Of a stretch of 57,194 bases of DNA, positions 37,801 to 46,199 are shown piece by piece. The stretch covers positions 1 through 57,194 of the IMG/VR virus record IMGVR_UViG_3300011116_000623, one strand, 5' to 3'. This DNA is from a virus (taxonomy: Duplodnaviria; Caudoviricetes). The stretch's first letter is position 1. Each line of letters opens with the position of its first letter. The translations under genes were made by a program, and so were the position numbers. Under the pieces are notes generated by a model. It was not told the origin of the DNA and did not search any database. It worked only from the letters and a program-made list of their open reading frames with translations.

Positions 37801-39350
37801 TTGATGCTAGTGGAAACTTAACAGCACCTACAGCAACACTTACAATTCCAGCATCAGGCACAACACCTGCAATAGTTGCCAAAGGTGAATCAACTTATGC
37901 AACAAACATTGCAGAGTTTAGAGATACTGGCAACAATCTTGTAACCAGAGTCACGGGATATGGTTCATTGATTACAAGTTCGTTTGCAGTTGGTCCTAGC
38001 CCTTCGTCCTTCACTGGGTTTGCTTCGACTACGGCAAGTATTAAAACTCTAAGTGCCAGTTTTCCAGGACTCATTATCCAAGGAGCATCTTCACAATCTG
38101 CCAACTTGCAAGAATGGCAAAGAAGCGATGGTTTTGTTTTATTAAATGTTTCTAAAGATGGAGATGTAACTGCTGGTAGTGGTTCATCAACTGCAATTCG
38201 TTTTAGATATTTTGACGGAATCAATATTACTGGAACATATTGGGATACTGTAGAAACAAATTCTGCAACATTTATTGGTCGTTCCACAACTGCTACTACT
38301 ATGGTTGTTCGAGCCGCAGCCTCTCAAACTGCTAATCTTCAGGAATGGCAAGTATCATCAGGTGCGATTGTGGCACAGGTAACAACATCTGTAGTTCAGA
38401 TTGGACCAAATGATGCTTATCCAGCACGTTTAATGCTTGGTGGAGCCGATACCTCTGCTTTACTAAGCATTTCTACACATAGCACAACAGAAGTTGGCGC
38501 TGTTATACGTGGTAAAGCCTCCCAAACCGCTGACCTACAACAATGGCAGAATAGTGCTGGTAGCGTAGTTGCTAGTATTGCTAATACTGGTTCGTTAACA
38601 ACTGGCAATCTAACTTTAGGAACAAATGGCTTAATTATTGACGCTTCTTCAGCGAGCCCTTATATTGCCTTTGGGTCAAACACGATAACTATTAATACTC
38701 GGAACGCTGCATACAAAGGTTTAATTGTAAAAGGCGCAGCCTCTCAAACTGCCAACCTTCAGGAGTGGCAATCTTCTTCTGGTGAAGTAGGCATGTTGTT
38801 TAATATGGGAAATGCAGGAGACCCAAGTACTTTAGGATTTTCAGTTTCAAGGGCTTGGGGAATTAAATGGGGTGCTGAAAAAATTCTTAGCACCGACGGT
38901 GGCAGTCTAATAGTTACTCCATACACAACAGATAGAAAAGTATTAATTGTCAAGGGCGTAGCATCCCAAACCGCTAATCTTCAAGAATGGCAAAATTCAA
39001 GCGGTACTGTCCTTACTAAAATAAACTCTGCTGGAGAATTAACAACCCCAAATATTGCTTTAGCAGCCCTTGGTGGTATCTATGGTGCTGGCGGGCCTTA
39101 CATAACATTAAATTATACGGATGTTAGAATTGTAACAGCAGGTCTTTCAGTAGGTGCTACATCAGTTACCCCATCTGCTCAATTGCAAGTTACCAACAAT
39201 GTTGCAGGTACAACCGCAATGATTGTCAAAGCCGCCGCCTCCCAAACAGCAAACCTGCAAGAATGGCAAGATAGTAGCGGTTTAGTAATCTCCGCTATGG
39301 GTCCTTATCAAAATCTTGGACTTGGTGGCGCTCCTAACAACCTTTCATAG
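34860..39350 (+). CDS. giant modular fibre protein 4, N-terminal part (Mtd-N-like N-terminus)
   Basis: RILLRRGTAAQW..ANPIL..GELGVETDT.KFKIG.G, then AP.ALDTLNELAAA..ND..F and about 14 canonical repeats. Ends at a TAG in mid-module. Confidence 0.8.
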   Translation: MTSRILLRRGTAAQWASANPILGSGELGVETDTLKFKIGNGTSTWTQLTSYANITPSDLTSAINGLINAAPSALDTLNELAAAINNDSSFSTTVNNLLTGKVSKSGGDTITPATTSTTGLTLASPVGQTAHLLYASGGTRIPAGGNYLVTPGLTVSYTSDFNAGAANITPIYVKGAASQTANLQEWQNSAGTLVASMDVSGKLIVPTLRGPAGNVITLGVDGNPYSLSISATQFDSYGPVPWRPYNASMVGFIVKGQASQTADLQQWQNSAGDTLGFVDSDGKAYFSHSSTNTNLFGVHGNLRLRNRNNTTNNYSSIDAQSASGIISSGILFINSDHTNSYGRIVFGTRSAAGFNSNAFAINSSGGISTTLMSASSVGLIVKAAASQTANLQEWQNSSGTVLANVDSAGNFKAASIATARYIADLTSTTPYLDFSSNKLLVNSRNASYVGFIVQGSASQTADLQEWQDSAGTALTKIDNNAGFYAQYIEAKNTAGVLVSGESQIKIASPDGLKDIRFWNRNDAGGLYYYNSSGGSKNILRIAHSTDPRIVTQTWQDFTSGSSANYGGRVNIDTSITTAIGMVIRGVASQTANLQEWQDSSGTILSKIDVSGNITAPSYNLSDSKYLLRKTIKKTVDPAQNAVANNTYDLFDMNFSSSLQGTFYIQASIRGGGYGQNLTYSLPATYVMDWINLYPITNPFTNSTTWVDLTPLTFSPRHLMTNDYFKLQAKVNANQISFRIKLTGTLTGAPVFDIYIQHSEEFANSTITELNTTGTDSTTSNVMPNFLSSKAGLSAIFNPITLYSNSASNIPLTIKGFASQSANLQEWQNSSGTVLAKVNPNGVFHTFGSVYTPYIQPASPTGVNAFIALDNTTVLVDGWSASTVKLTVKGYASQTANLQEWQNSAGTILGAIVANGDVLFPSKLFNSRYGRFGTDGAYTDDTVLRITNTSASFVPLIVKGITSQTANLQQWQDSTGTVLAKVDASGNLTAPTATLTIPASGTTPAIVAKGESTYATNIAEFRDTGNNLVTRVTGYGSLITSSFAVGPSPSSFTGFASTTASIKTLSASFPGLIIQGASSQSANLQEWQRSDGFVLLNVSKDGDVTAGSGSSTAIRFRYFDGINITGTYWDTVETNSATFIGRSTTATTMVVRAAASQTANLQEWQVSSGAIVAQVTTSVVQIGPNDAYPARLMLGGADTSALLSISTHSTTEVGAVIRGKASQTADLQQWQNSAGSVVASIANTGSLTTGNLTLGTNGLIIDASSASPYIAFGSNTITINTRNAAYKGLIVKGAASQTANLQEWQSSSGEVGMLFNMGNAGDPSTLGFSVSRAWGIKWGAEKILSTDGGSLIVTPYTTDRKVLIVKGVASQTANLQEWQNSSGTVLTKINSAGELTTPNIALAALGGIYGAGGPYITLNYTDVRIVTAGLSVGATSVTPSAQLQVTNNVAGTTAMIVKAAASQTANLQEWQDSSGLVISAMGPYQNLGLGGAPNNLS

Positions 39351-40157
39351 TTGGCAGTTTCAAATAGAAGTGCTACCAATATTGGCGCAGTAATTAAAGG
39401 CGCCCCAAGCCAGACTGCCAACTTAACTGAATGGCAGGATAGTAGCGGTACTATATTAACAAGAGTAACAAGTAGTGGAGTTTTGGGCACTTCTGCTGGA
39501 GTCTATTCCCCGTATTATCAAGGTCATAATGGTGTAGGCGGAGCCATTGCATTTGCAAACGCAACTGCAATAACAATTACCCCTCAGTCCGCATCCGTTG
39601 CATCTTTGATTGTCAAAGGTGCTGCTTCACAAACCGCTAACCTTCAGGAATGGCAAAATAGTAGTGGTACGGTACTGGCATTTGTAGATAGTTCAGGAAA
39701 TATAAATACAACAAGCAAACTTATTGCTGGTAATATCTTAGATGTAACACAGAGTTCTGCTACAGCAACTGGTTATGGGACAAGCGTTGTTGGAGATAAA
39801 ATTGCTTTATTTGGTTCAACTTCTCTTCCATATTACTATGGTTTTGGTGTTCAAAATTCAAGACTTGTTGCATATGTTGATTCTGGCCAAGCGTTTGCTG
39901 TTAGAGTTGCTTCCTCATCTGGAGCAAAATCATCAGGTTCTGATTCTGTAATTTTATATGGTACAGGTGCAGGTTCATTCCTACTTAACTCAGCATCTAC
40001 CGTCGGCCTCATCGTCAAGGCTGCCGCCTCCCAAACTGCAGACCTACAACAGTGGCAAAACTCAAGCGGAACAGTGCTTGCAGAAATTACAGCATCTGGA
40101 TCATTAGAATTAAACGGAAAAGATATAGAATTAATGAATATTATGGGAGCATTTTAA
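39351..40157 (+). CDS. in-frame continuation of fibre protein 4 beyond TAG
   Basis: Same frame, begins right after the TAG, no obvious SD, 3 more repeats. Confidence 0.7.
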   Translation: MAVSNRSATNIGAVIKGAPSQTANLTEWQDSSGTILTRVTSSGVLGTSAGVYSPYYQGHNGVGGAIAFANATAITITPQSASVASLIVKGAASQTANLQEWQNSSGTVLAFVDSSGNINTTSKLIAGNILDVTQSSATATGYGTSVVGDKIALFGSTSLPYYYGFGVQNSRLVAYVDSGQAFAVRVASSSGAKSSGSDSVILYGTGAGSFLLNSASTVGLIVKAAASQTADLQQWQNSSGTVLAEITASGSLELNGKDIELMNIMGAF

Positions 40158-40190
40158 TATGCTATACTATAAAGATAGGAGGGTTAAATA

Positions 40191-40496
40191 ATGGCAACAA
40201 CAGTTAAAGCACTATATAGAGGTGCAGCAACAACTAATACTGCAACTACACTTTATACAGTTCCCGCCGCAACAACGGCGGTAATTACAAACATTGTAAT
40301 TACAAATACTTCTGGTTCTCTTCAAACTTATTCTTTGTCACTTGATGGAGTAAGCATTGCTACAACAGTAGCTATCTCAGCAACAGACTCAGTTGTAATT
40401 GATATGAAGCAGGTACTAGGAGCAACTAAAATTATTGCAGGCGGAGCCTCAGCAACATCTGTTAATATTCATATTTCAGGAGTTGAAATAGCATAA
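40191..40496 (+). CDS. small beta-rich virion-associated protein
   Basis: TLYTVPA.TTAVI..I...N...ISGVEI pattern with AGGAGG SD. Confidence 0.65.
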   Translation: MATTVKALYRGAATTNTATTLYTVPAATTAVITNIVITNTSGSLQTYSLSLDGVSIATTVAISATDSVVIDMKQVLGATKIIAGGASATSVNIHISGVEIA

Positions 40497-41605
40497 TGTT
40501 TATAAAAAGACTTAAAACTATAGGCGGCCTATCGTCTTTAACTAGATATGTAAATATGCTATCTGGTCTTGCGCCGTATATTCCTACAACTGACTCTACT
40601 GCTGTATTCCTTCCAGTTAACGCAAGCCCTTATATGCAAGTTCAAAATTGGTTTAATGGAAGTACTACTGGTTTTAACAGCAAATATGCAAATCCAGCAG
40701 TAATGATAGATTATTTTGCAAGAGACTCTTCATGGAGTAGATCCAAAGGATATCTGTCCGTAGTATGGTCCTTTTCACCTTATCTTAGAACATATACATT
40801 TAATGATTCAACAGGATTTGGAACCGCATTTTCAAGCCCAGGAACAATTCCCGCTGGCAGTGGTAATTCTGTTGATTTGCAACTTGATGATTCTCTTATT
40901 TTTATAGCACATGATACAACTCCTTATATGTCAGGATATCCTTTTAGCACAGCTTCGGGATACGGAACTAAGTTTGCAGACCCAGCAACAACAATTGGAA
41001 GCAATGGAAAAGGAATTAAATTTTTTAATGAAACATTACTTGTTGCTTCAAATTCAACTCCATTTTTACATGCTTATCAATTTTCACTGAGTCAACAAGC
41101 GTACGGAACAAAGTATGCAGACCCAGCAACACTTCCAACATATGGAGGATATCTTGCAACAGTTCACCCGTCAGGTGACGCAGTATCAACAGGCGGTATA
41201 TCTGGTGCTTACACATACGCATGGTCAAAAACAAATGGTTTTGGAACAAAATATGCACAACCATCAGGTAATCCATATGCATATTCTTTAGATTTTTCTT
41301 CAACAGGCAATACAGTATTAATGTCGGCGGATAGCACCCCATTTATAAATGCCTATACATTTACAGTTGCAGGAGGATATGGTTCAAAATTTAGTAATCC
41401 TGCAACGTTACCAGTAGGCAGTGTTCCATATTACAATGCTTCAGCATTCAGCTATGGTGCACAGGCAGCAGCAGTTCTTTCAACATCTTCCCCATATGTT
41501 TACGCCTATGCTTTTTCAGAAGCTACAGGATTTGGATCAAAGTATAGTAATCCTGTAGGGTTGCTAGCTACTGGATCTTTTACTGGTGGAATTAATTTTA
41601 ATTAA
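40496..41605 (+). CDS. repeat protein, probable beta-propeller
   Basis: About 7 copies of (S/T)P(Y/F)..AY.F....G(F/Y)G(T/S)K(Y/F)A(D/N)P.TLP. Confidence 0.65.
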   Translation: MFIKRLKTIGGLSSLTRYVNMLSGLAPYIPTTDSTAVFLPVNASPYMQVQNWFNGSTTGFNSKYANPAVMIDYFARDSSWSRSKGYLSVVWSFSPYLRTYTFNDSTGFGTAFSSPGTIPAGSGNSVDLQLDDSLIFIAHDTTPYMSGYPFSTASGYGTKFADPATTIGSNGKGIKFFNETLLVASNSTPFLHAYQFSLSQQAYGTKYADPATLPTYGGYLATVHPSGDAVSTGGISGAYTYAWSKTNGFGTKYAQPSGNPYAYSLDFSSTGNTVLMSADSTPFINAYTFTVAGGYGSKFSNPATLPVGSVPYYNASAFSYGAQAAAVLSTSSPYVYAYAFSEATGFGSKYSNPVGLLATGSFTGGINFN

Positions 41606-41627
41606 AAAATAGAAAAGGAGAAATAAA

Positions 41628-41930
41628 ATGACAGATACACCAATGACACCACTACAGGCAAGACAAGCCGAGGTGGCACAATACGAAGCAAACATTGCTA
41701 TGTACACAGCAATTATTGCAACACTGCCTACAGAGTGGCCAACACGTCTACTTGATTATCGTAATTCAGCAGATAAGCATGCAGCAATTGCATCAGTTGC
41801 TGATATGGCAGATGTAGAGCTTTTGTCAAATCTATGGTATGCAGATCAATGCTATGCGGCAATTCGTTCTGAAACTGTAGAAATGAGCAAGGCTAAGGCC
41901 ATCCTTGCAGTTCTTCAGTCTATGGCTTAA
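41628..41930 (+). CDS. helical hypothetical protein (possible fibre chaperone)
   Basis: 100-aa Ala-rich ORF with AAGGAG SD. Confidence 0.6.
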   Translation: MTDTPMTPLQARQAEVAQYEANIAMYTAIIATLPTEWPTRLLDYRNSADKHAAIASVADMADVELLSNLWYADQCYAAIRSETVEMSKAKAILAVLQSMA

Positions 41931-42024
41931 GCCGATTGCCCAATATATATATATTTGGTATAATAATGATATTCCATGATAAATATCATGGTTTTACGTA
42001 AAATACATGAAGGAGAAAAAAAAT

Positions 42025-42264
42025 ATGGCAATTGACTATTCAGGTCTATTAACCGATGAGCAGAAACGATCAATTCTGTCACAGCGACTAACACAGTTCG
42101 CCGCAGAAGCTTATCAACATGAAATCAACAAGCAGGTAGCGGACGCTGCAGATAATGAAGAGGGAACAAAGGCAGCAACAGACGCCCTTGCAATTCTTGA
42201 TTCTGCAATTACAGTACATCAAGCCGAGCTTGCAAAACTTCCAGCAGCACCTGCTGCAGAGTAA
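42025..42264 (+). CDS. helical hypothetical protein
   Basis: Start MAIDYS behind AAGGAG. Confidence 0.6.
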   Translation: MAIDYSGLLTDEQKRSILSQRLTQFAAEAYQHEINKQVADAADNEEGTKAATDALAILDSAITVHQAELAKLPAAPAAE

Positions 42265-42270
42265 ATAAAT

Positions 42271-42310
42271 AATAAAGGTATGAGTAAATATTTTTACTCA
42301 TACCTTTATT
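42271..42310. terminator. long inverted repeat, possible bidirectional terminator
   Basis: AATAAAGGTATGAGTAAA ... TTTACTCATACCTTTATT. Confidence 0.65.
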
Positions 42311-42389
42311 TATTTAATTAGATATAGAAAATAAATGATATTTCATATGGTAAGTTTACCGCATACTCAAATTAAGGTATAATCTAAAT

Positions 42390-44162
42390 ATGTCATATAA
42401 ACTAAAAGTAATAAAAGACTCACCAGTAGGGTTTTGGATGTTGGATGAAACATCTGGCACTACCGCTAATGATATATCTGGATGCGGTAATAATGGAGTA
42501 TATCAAGGAGACCTAGTAGATGTTTTTCTTCCCCTAACATCTGGTGGTAGCCATGCTGCCAATATAACAAATACAAATTATATGACTGTTCCAGTAACAT
42601 ATGATTACTATGGCTCCACCGCCTCTGGCGGATTAGGAACAAAGTATACCTCAGACAATGATTTTACTTTAGAGGCCTGGATATATACTAGAATATCTAC
42701 AACCAATATAGCAACTATATTTGCAGATCCTACAAATAACGTAGGGCTATTCTGGCAACGTGGAAATTTAATATTTAAATTAAACGCTGAAGTCTTAAAC
42801 TATACAGTTCCAAATTTTAAAAAGTCTTTACATATAGTAGCAGTATATTCAGTTACGGCTATGTCTATATATGTGGATGGTCAAATAGTAGCAACTAAAT
42901 ATTTATCAGATTTTGAGTTTACCAATACATCTTTAAATCTACAAATTGGTACTACAGGACATGCCTCTGATTCTTTTATTGTAGATGATCCAGCGGTATA
43001 TAGATATGCCCTCAGTTCATCTCAAATATTAAATCATTATAATGATAACGGATTTGTAAATCCTATTCAAATTGCTTATCCAGATGGCGGACAACTATTT
43101 GAATTTTATGACAATGGTATAAACAGACAATATAGATATAGTTATCCAGCAAATAAATCCTGGGATTATTTTTTAACAAGTGACTTATATTATGATGGAA
43201 TAGAAAATTCTATAGCCATCGCATATTCAGCATCTGCAGTATCTAAAACGGTATACTTAACAGATCTAGTGTCCATTCCATTGGGTATAACTATGGACTC
43301 TTCTAAAATTGAATGGGAGGGTGATAATGGAATAATGGTAGAAACAAGTATAGATAATTCTACTTGGGTTCAATGCATGAATGGAGAATCTATACCTCAA
43401 TATAAATTAGGAAGTTTCAATTCATCAGGCCTTGTCTATATTAAAGTAACTATGTCTACAACTGACAATAGTAAATATCTACCTAAGCTTTATAATTTAA
43501 CCCTTTCTTTTTATAATGATCAGGTAGTATATGCTCAAAATGCTGGAAGCTATATGTCGACATTTGATGGATTAGCTGGGGTAAGTAATCCAGCAATTAG
43601 TCTAGGCCAAGATAAGTATCCTATACTTTCTAGAAATTTTAAAAATGGGCTTAGGGTGTCTACGGATGCTGGTTTTTATATTAATGCTAATATTCCAGTT
43701 AAGACTATAGAATTTTTTTATACCCCAGATGACCTAACAAATAGCGGACTAGTAAATTCAACTGCTACCAACGGGTATGCTGCTTCAAACTATTCTTGGA
43801 ATAATGCGGGAGCAATTAGTAAAACTAATATAAATTCAATATATGTTAATGGTGTCAATAAAACATCTGCTACAAGCGTCTCAGACGTCTTTACAGCCGA
43901 CGATCTCCATCATGTAGTCATAACATATACCTCAGCCATTTCAGGGGCTATAAGGTTCAGTTACTCCTTAATTGGAACGGTAGGATCATTAATACAGAAT
44001 TTAGGACTATACGAAACTCAGTTTACTGGTAGCCAAATATTAAACCACTATGATCTATATATTAGCAAAGCTTCTGCTATAGCCGAAGATTCTACAATTA
44101 CCTTGACAGAAAATTCAGTTGAGGCCTATAATAATGAATGGTTGGTAATTCAAAACGTATAA
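42390..44162 (+). CDS. minor tail protein with LamG/ConA-like domains
   Basis: PVGFW.LDE.SGT.A.D.SG..N.G, FTLEAWI, HIVAVY...IYVDG and D.PAVY..ALS..QI..HY. Confidence 0.75.
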   Translation: MSYKLKVIKDSPVGFWMLDETSGTTANDISGCGNNGVYQGDLVDVFLPLTSGGSHAANITNTNYMTVPVTYDYYGSTASGGLGTKYTSDNDFTLEAWIYTRISTTNIATIFADPTNNVGLFWQRGNLIFKLNAEVLNYTVPNFKKSLHIVAVYSVTAMSIYVDGQIVATKYLSDFEFTNTSLNLQIGTTGHASDSFIVDDPAVYRYALSSSQILNHYNDNGFVNPIQIAYPDGGQLFEFYDNGINRQYRYSYPANKSWDYFLTSDLYYDGIENSIAIAYSASAVSKTVYLTDLVSIPLGITMDSSKIEWEGDNGIMVETSIDNSTWVQCMNGESIPQYKLGSFNSSGLVYIKVTMSTTDNSKYLPKLYNLTLSFYNDQVVYAQNAGSYMSTFDGLAGVSNPAISLGQDKYPILSRNFKNGLRVSTDAGFYINANIPVKTIEFFYTPDDLTNSGLVNSTATNGYAASNYSWNNAGAISKTNINSIYVNGVNKTSATSVSDVFTADDLHHVVITYTSAISGAIRFSYSLIGTVGSLIQNLGLYETQFTGSQILNHYDLYISKASAIAEDSTITLTENSVEAYNNEWLVIQNV

Positions 44163-44224
44163 TTTGTCACAGAGCTTGACAAAATCTGGACTTTAACTTA
44201 AAAGAATGGTAAAATGAATACCTG

Positions 44225-44560
44225 ATGGATATTAAAAGAGTAAAGCAAAGTGTTGTAGAAGAGACTACCCTAGGAATTTATGTGTGGGAAATTGATGGTA
44301 AATGGGTGGGAGATGATGAAGGCAACTATTTATCCGTCACCTCTAAAAAGGGCAATAGAGAAAGAATTGAGCAATTAAGAAAAGCCGTTGCTCATTATGG
44401 TATTAATAGAGGCGAACCAAAGTTTTTAGCAGGACGTAGAAAAATTGATGACGAGGAATATCAGTATCAGCAACAAAGATTAAAGTGGGGTTTAACACCA
44501 GATCCTCTGGATATAGGTGAATACAAAGATCAAATGAGAGCAGCAAAAGGGGCTAAGTAA
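44225..44560 (+). CDS. hypothetical protein upstream of portal
   Basis: 111-aa ORF abutting the portal gene. Confidence 0.7.
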   Translation: MDIKRVKQSVVEETTLGIYVWEIDGKWVGDDEGNYLSVTSKKGNRERIEQLRKAVAHYGINRGEPKFLAGRRKIDDEEYQYQQQRLKWGLTPDPLDIGEYKDQMRAAKGAK

Positions 44561-46144
44561 ATGGAATTCATTGAAGACAACGAAGAAGTATCCAATCAAA
44601 TAAATATTTCAGATCAATCTGATTGGATTAAATTTAACAATAAGCCAGTCGTTGTAACTGACCCATTTAAAATTGAAGGCGAAGAATTAAAAAAGGTTAA
44701 TGGATTAAGTCCATCATTTCGTCGTAAAGTGTCAAGAGATTTACAAAAACGATTTGTAGGTCAAGAAGGAACCGCTACTCAACAAAATTTAATGGCACAA
44801 GCCGTAACTGGCTATGCAATGTTCGATCTTATCGAGCCACCATATAATCTAGAATACCTTTCACGTATTTATGAATTTTCACCATACAACTATGCAGCAA
44901 TTAATGCCAAGGTAGCAAATATCGTTGGCCTAGGATTTTCTTTTGTTGAAACACGTAAAGCAAATGAAGCACTAGATAATATTACAGATGAAAGACAATT
45001 AGAAAGAGCTCGTCGTAAACTAAATAAACTTCGTCAGGATCTTGAATCTTGGCTAGAAGAAACAAATGAGGAAGAAACATTTACAGAAACTTTAATTAAA
45101 GCATACGTAGACCTTGAAGCAACAGGTAATGGTTATATTGAAATTGGAAGAACAACAGCAGGTAATATAGGATATATCGGACATATCCCTTCAAAGACAA
45201 TGCGTGTTCGTCGTTTACGTGATGGATTTATTCAATTGCTTTATGGTAAGGCAGTATTCTTCCGCAATTTTGGAGATCAAGAAACACCTAATCCAATTTC
45301 AGACGGATCAGATAGACCAAATGAGATTATTCATCTAAAGAAATATACACCAATGAATAACTACTACGGTATTGCAGACATTGTAGCGGCTCAAAATGCT
45401 ATGGCTGGAAATGAGTTTGCTGGTAAATACAACCTTGATTACTTTGAGAACAAGGCGGTCCCAAGATATATTATTACAGTAAAAGGTGCAAAACTTTCTC
45501 CTGAGTCTGAGCGTAAATTATTAGAATTTTTCCAGGTGGGACTAAGAGGAAAAAATCATAGATCATTATATGTTCCCCTGCCAGCAGATAGTCCTGATTC
45601 AAAAGTAGAATTTAAGATGGAGCCAATAGAGGCAAACGCCCAAGAGTCTTCATTTAACGTATATCGTAAATCCAATAGAGATGAAATTCTTTTGGCACAC
45701 AGAGTACCTATTAGCAAAATTGGTTTACCTGAAGGAGTTAATTTAGCTTCAGCCAGAGATTCAGATAAAATGTTTAAAGAGCAGGTATGTCGTCCAGCCC
45801 AAGATATTTTAGAAAAGAAATTAAATAAAATTATTGAGGAAAAGACAGATGTTCTATTAATTAAATTTAATGAGTTAACTTTGACCGATGAGGATACTCA
45901 GTCTAAGATAGATGAGAGATATTTAAGGATGCAGGTAATTACTCCTAATGAGGTAAGAATTAGAAAAGGCATGGTTCCAATTGATGGTGGAGATTCAATA
46001 GTTCAATTAAAGCCACAACAGGCTGCCGAGCAAACCGCACAAGCTATGAACTCTCGTCAAAGAACTCAGGAACGGGATGCTAATTCTCCAGATATTTCTG
46101 GGGAGGCTAGAAATCCAAAAGGCGAAGGTAGAGTAACCGCTTAA
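44561..46144 (+). CDS. portal protein
   Basis: DLEATGNGYIE, NEIIH.K...P...YYG, YFEN.AVP, I..AHRVP and ITPNEVR...G..P. Position before protease and capsid. Confidence 0.88.
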   Translation: MEFIEDNEEVSNQINISDQSDWIKFNNKPVVVTDPFKIEGEELKKVNGLSPSFRRKVSRDLQKRFVGQEGTATQQNLMAQAVTGYAMFDLIEPPYNLEYLSRIYEFSPYNYAAINAKVANIVGLGFSFVETRKANEALDNITDERQLERARRKLNKLRQDLESWLEETNEEETFTETLIKAYVDLEATGNGYIEIGRTTAGNIGYIGHIPSKTMRVRRLRDGFIQLLYGKAVFFRNFGDQETPNPISDGSDRPNEIIHLKKYTPMNNYYGIADIVAAQNAMAGNEFAGKYNLDYFENKAVPRYIITVKGAKLSPESERKLLEFFQVGLRGKNHRSLYVPLPADSPDSKVEFKMEPIEANAQESSFNVYRKSNRDEILLAHRVPISKIGLPEGVNLASARDSDKMFKEQVCRPAQDILEKKLNKIIEEKTDVLLIKFNELTLTDEDTQSKIDERYLRMQVITPNEVRIRKGMVPIDGGDSIVQLKPQQAAEQTAQAMNSRQRTQERDANSPDISGEARNPKGEGRVTA

Positions 46145-46199
46145 TTATTAGGCAACCAGTTATTTGCCTTTTGATGTATACAAAGATAAAATTAAGCAT

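Noticed and set aside
39348-39350. Genome-wide TAG reassignment
   Set aside because: Only one internal TAG was seen. TAG ends several genes at natural positions, and the large genes are intact in the standard code.
31837-40157. Diversity-generating retroelement, suggested by the Mtd-N-like domain and AAC-rich variable codons in the 51-bp array
   Set aside because: No reverse transcriptase or non-coding template repeat in the window. Synonymous adenines (CTA, ACA, GCA) are invariant across units, unlike A-to-N mutagenesis.
20514-40157. CRISPR-like repeat-spacer array
   Set aside because: Repeats are in-frame coding and synonymously variable, spacers run from about 100 to over 900 bp, and no cas genes were seen.
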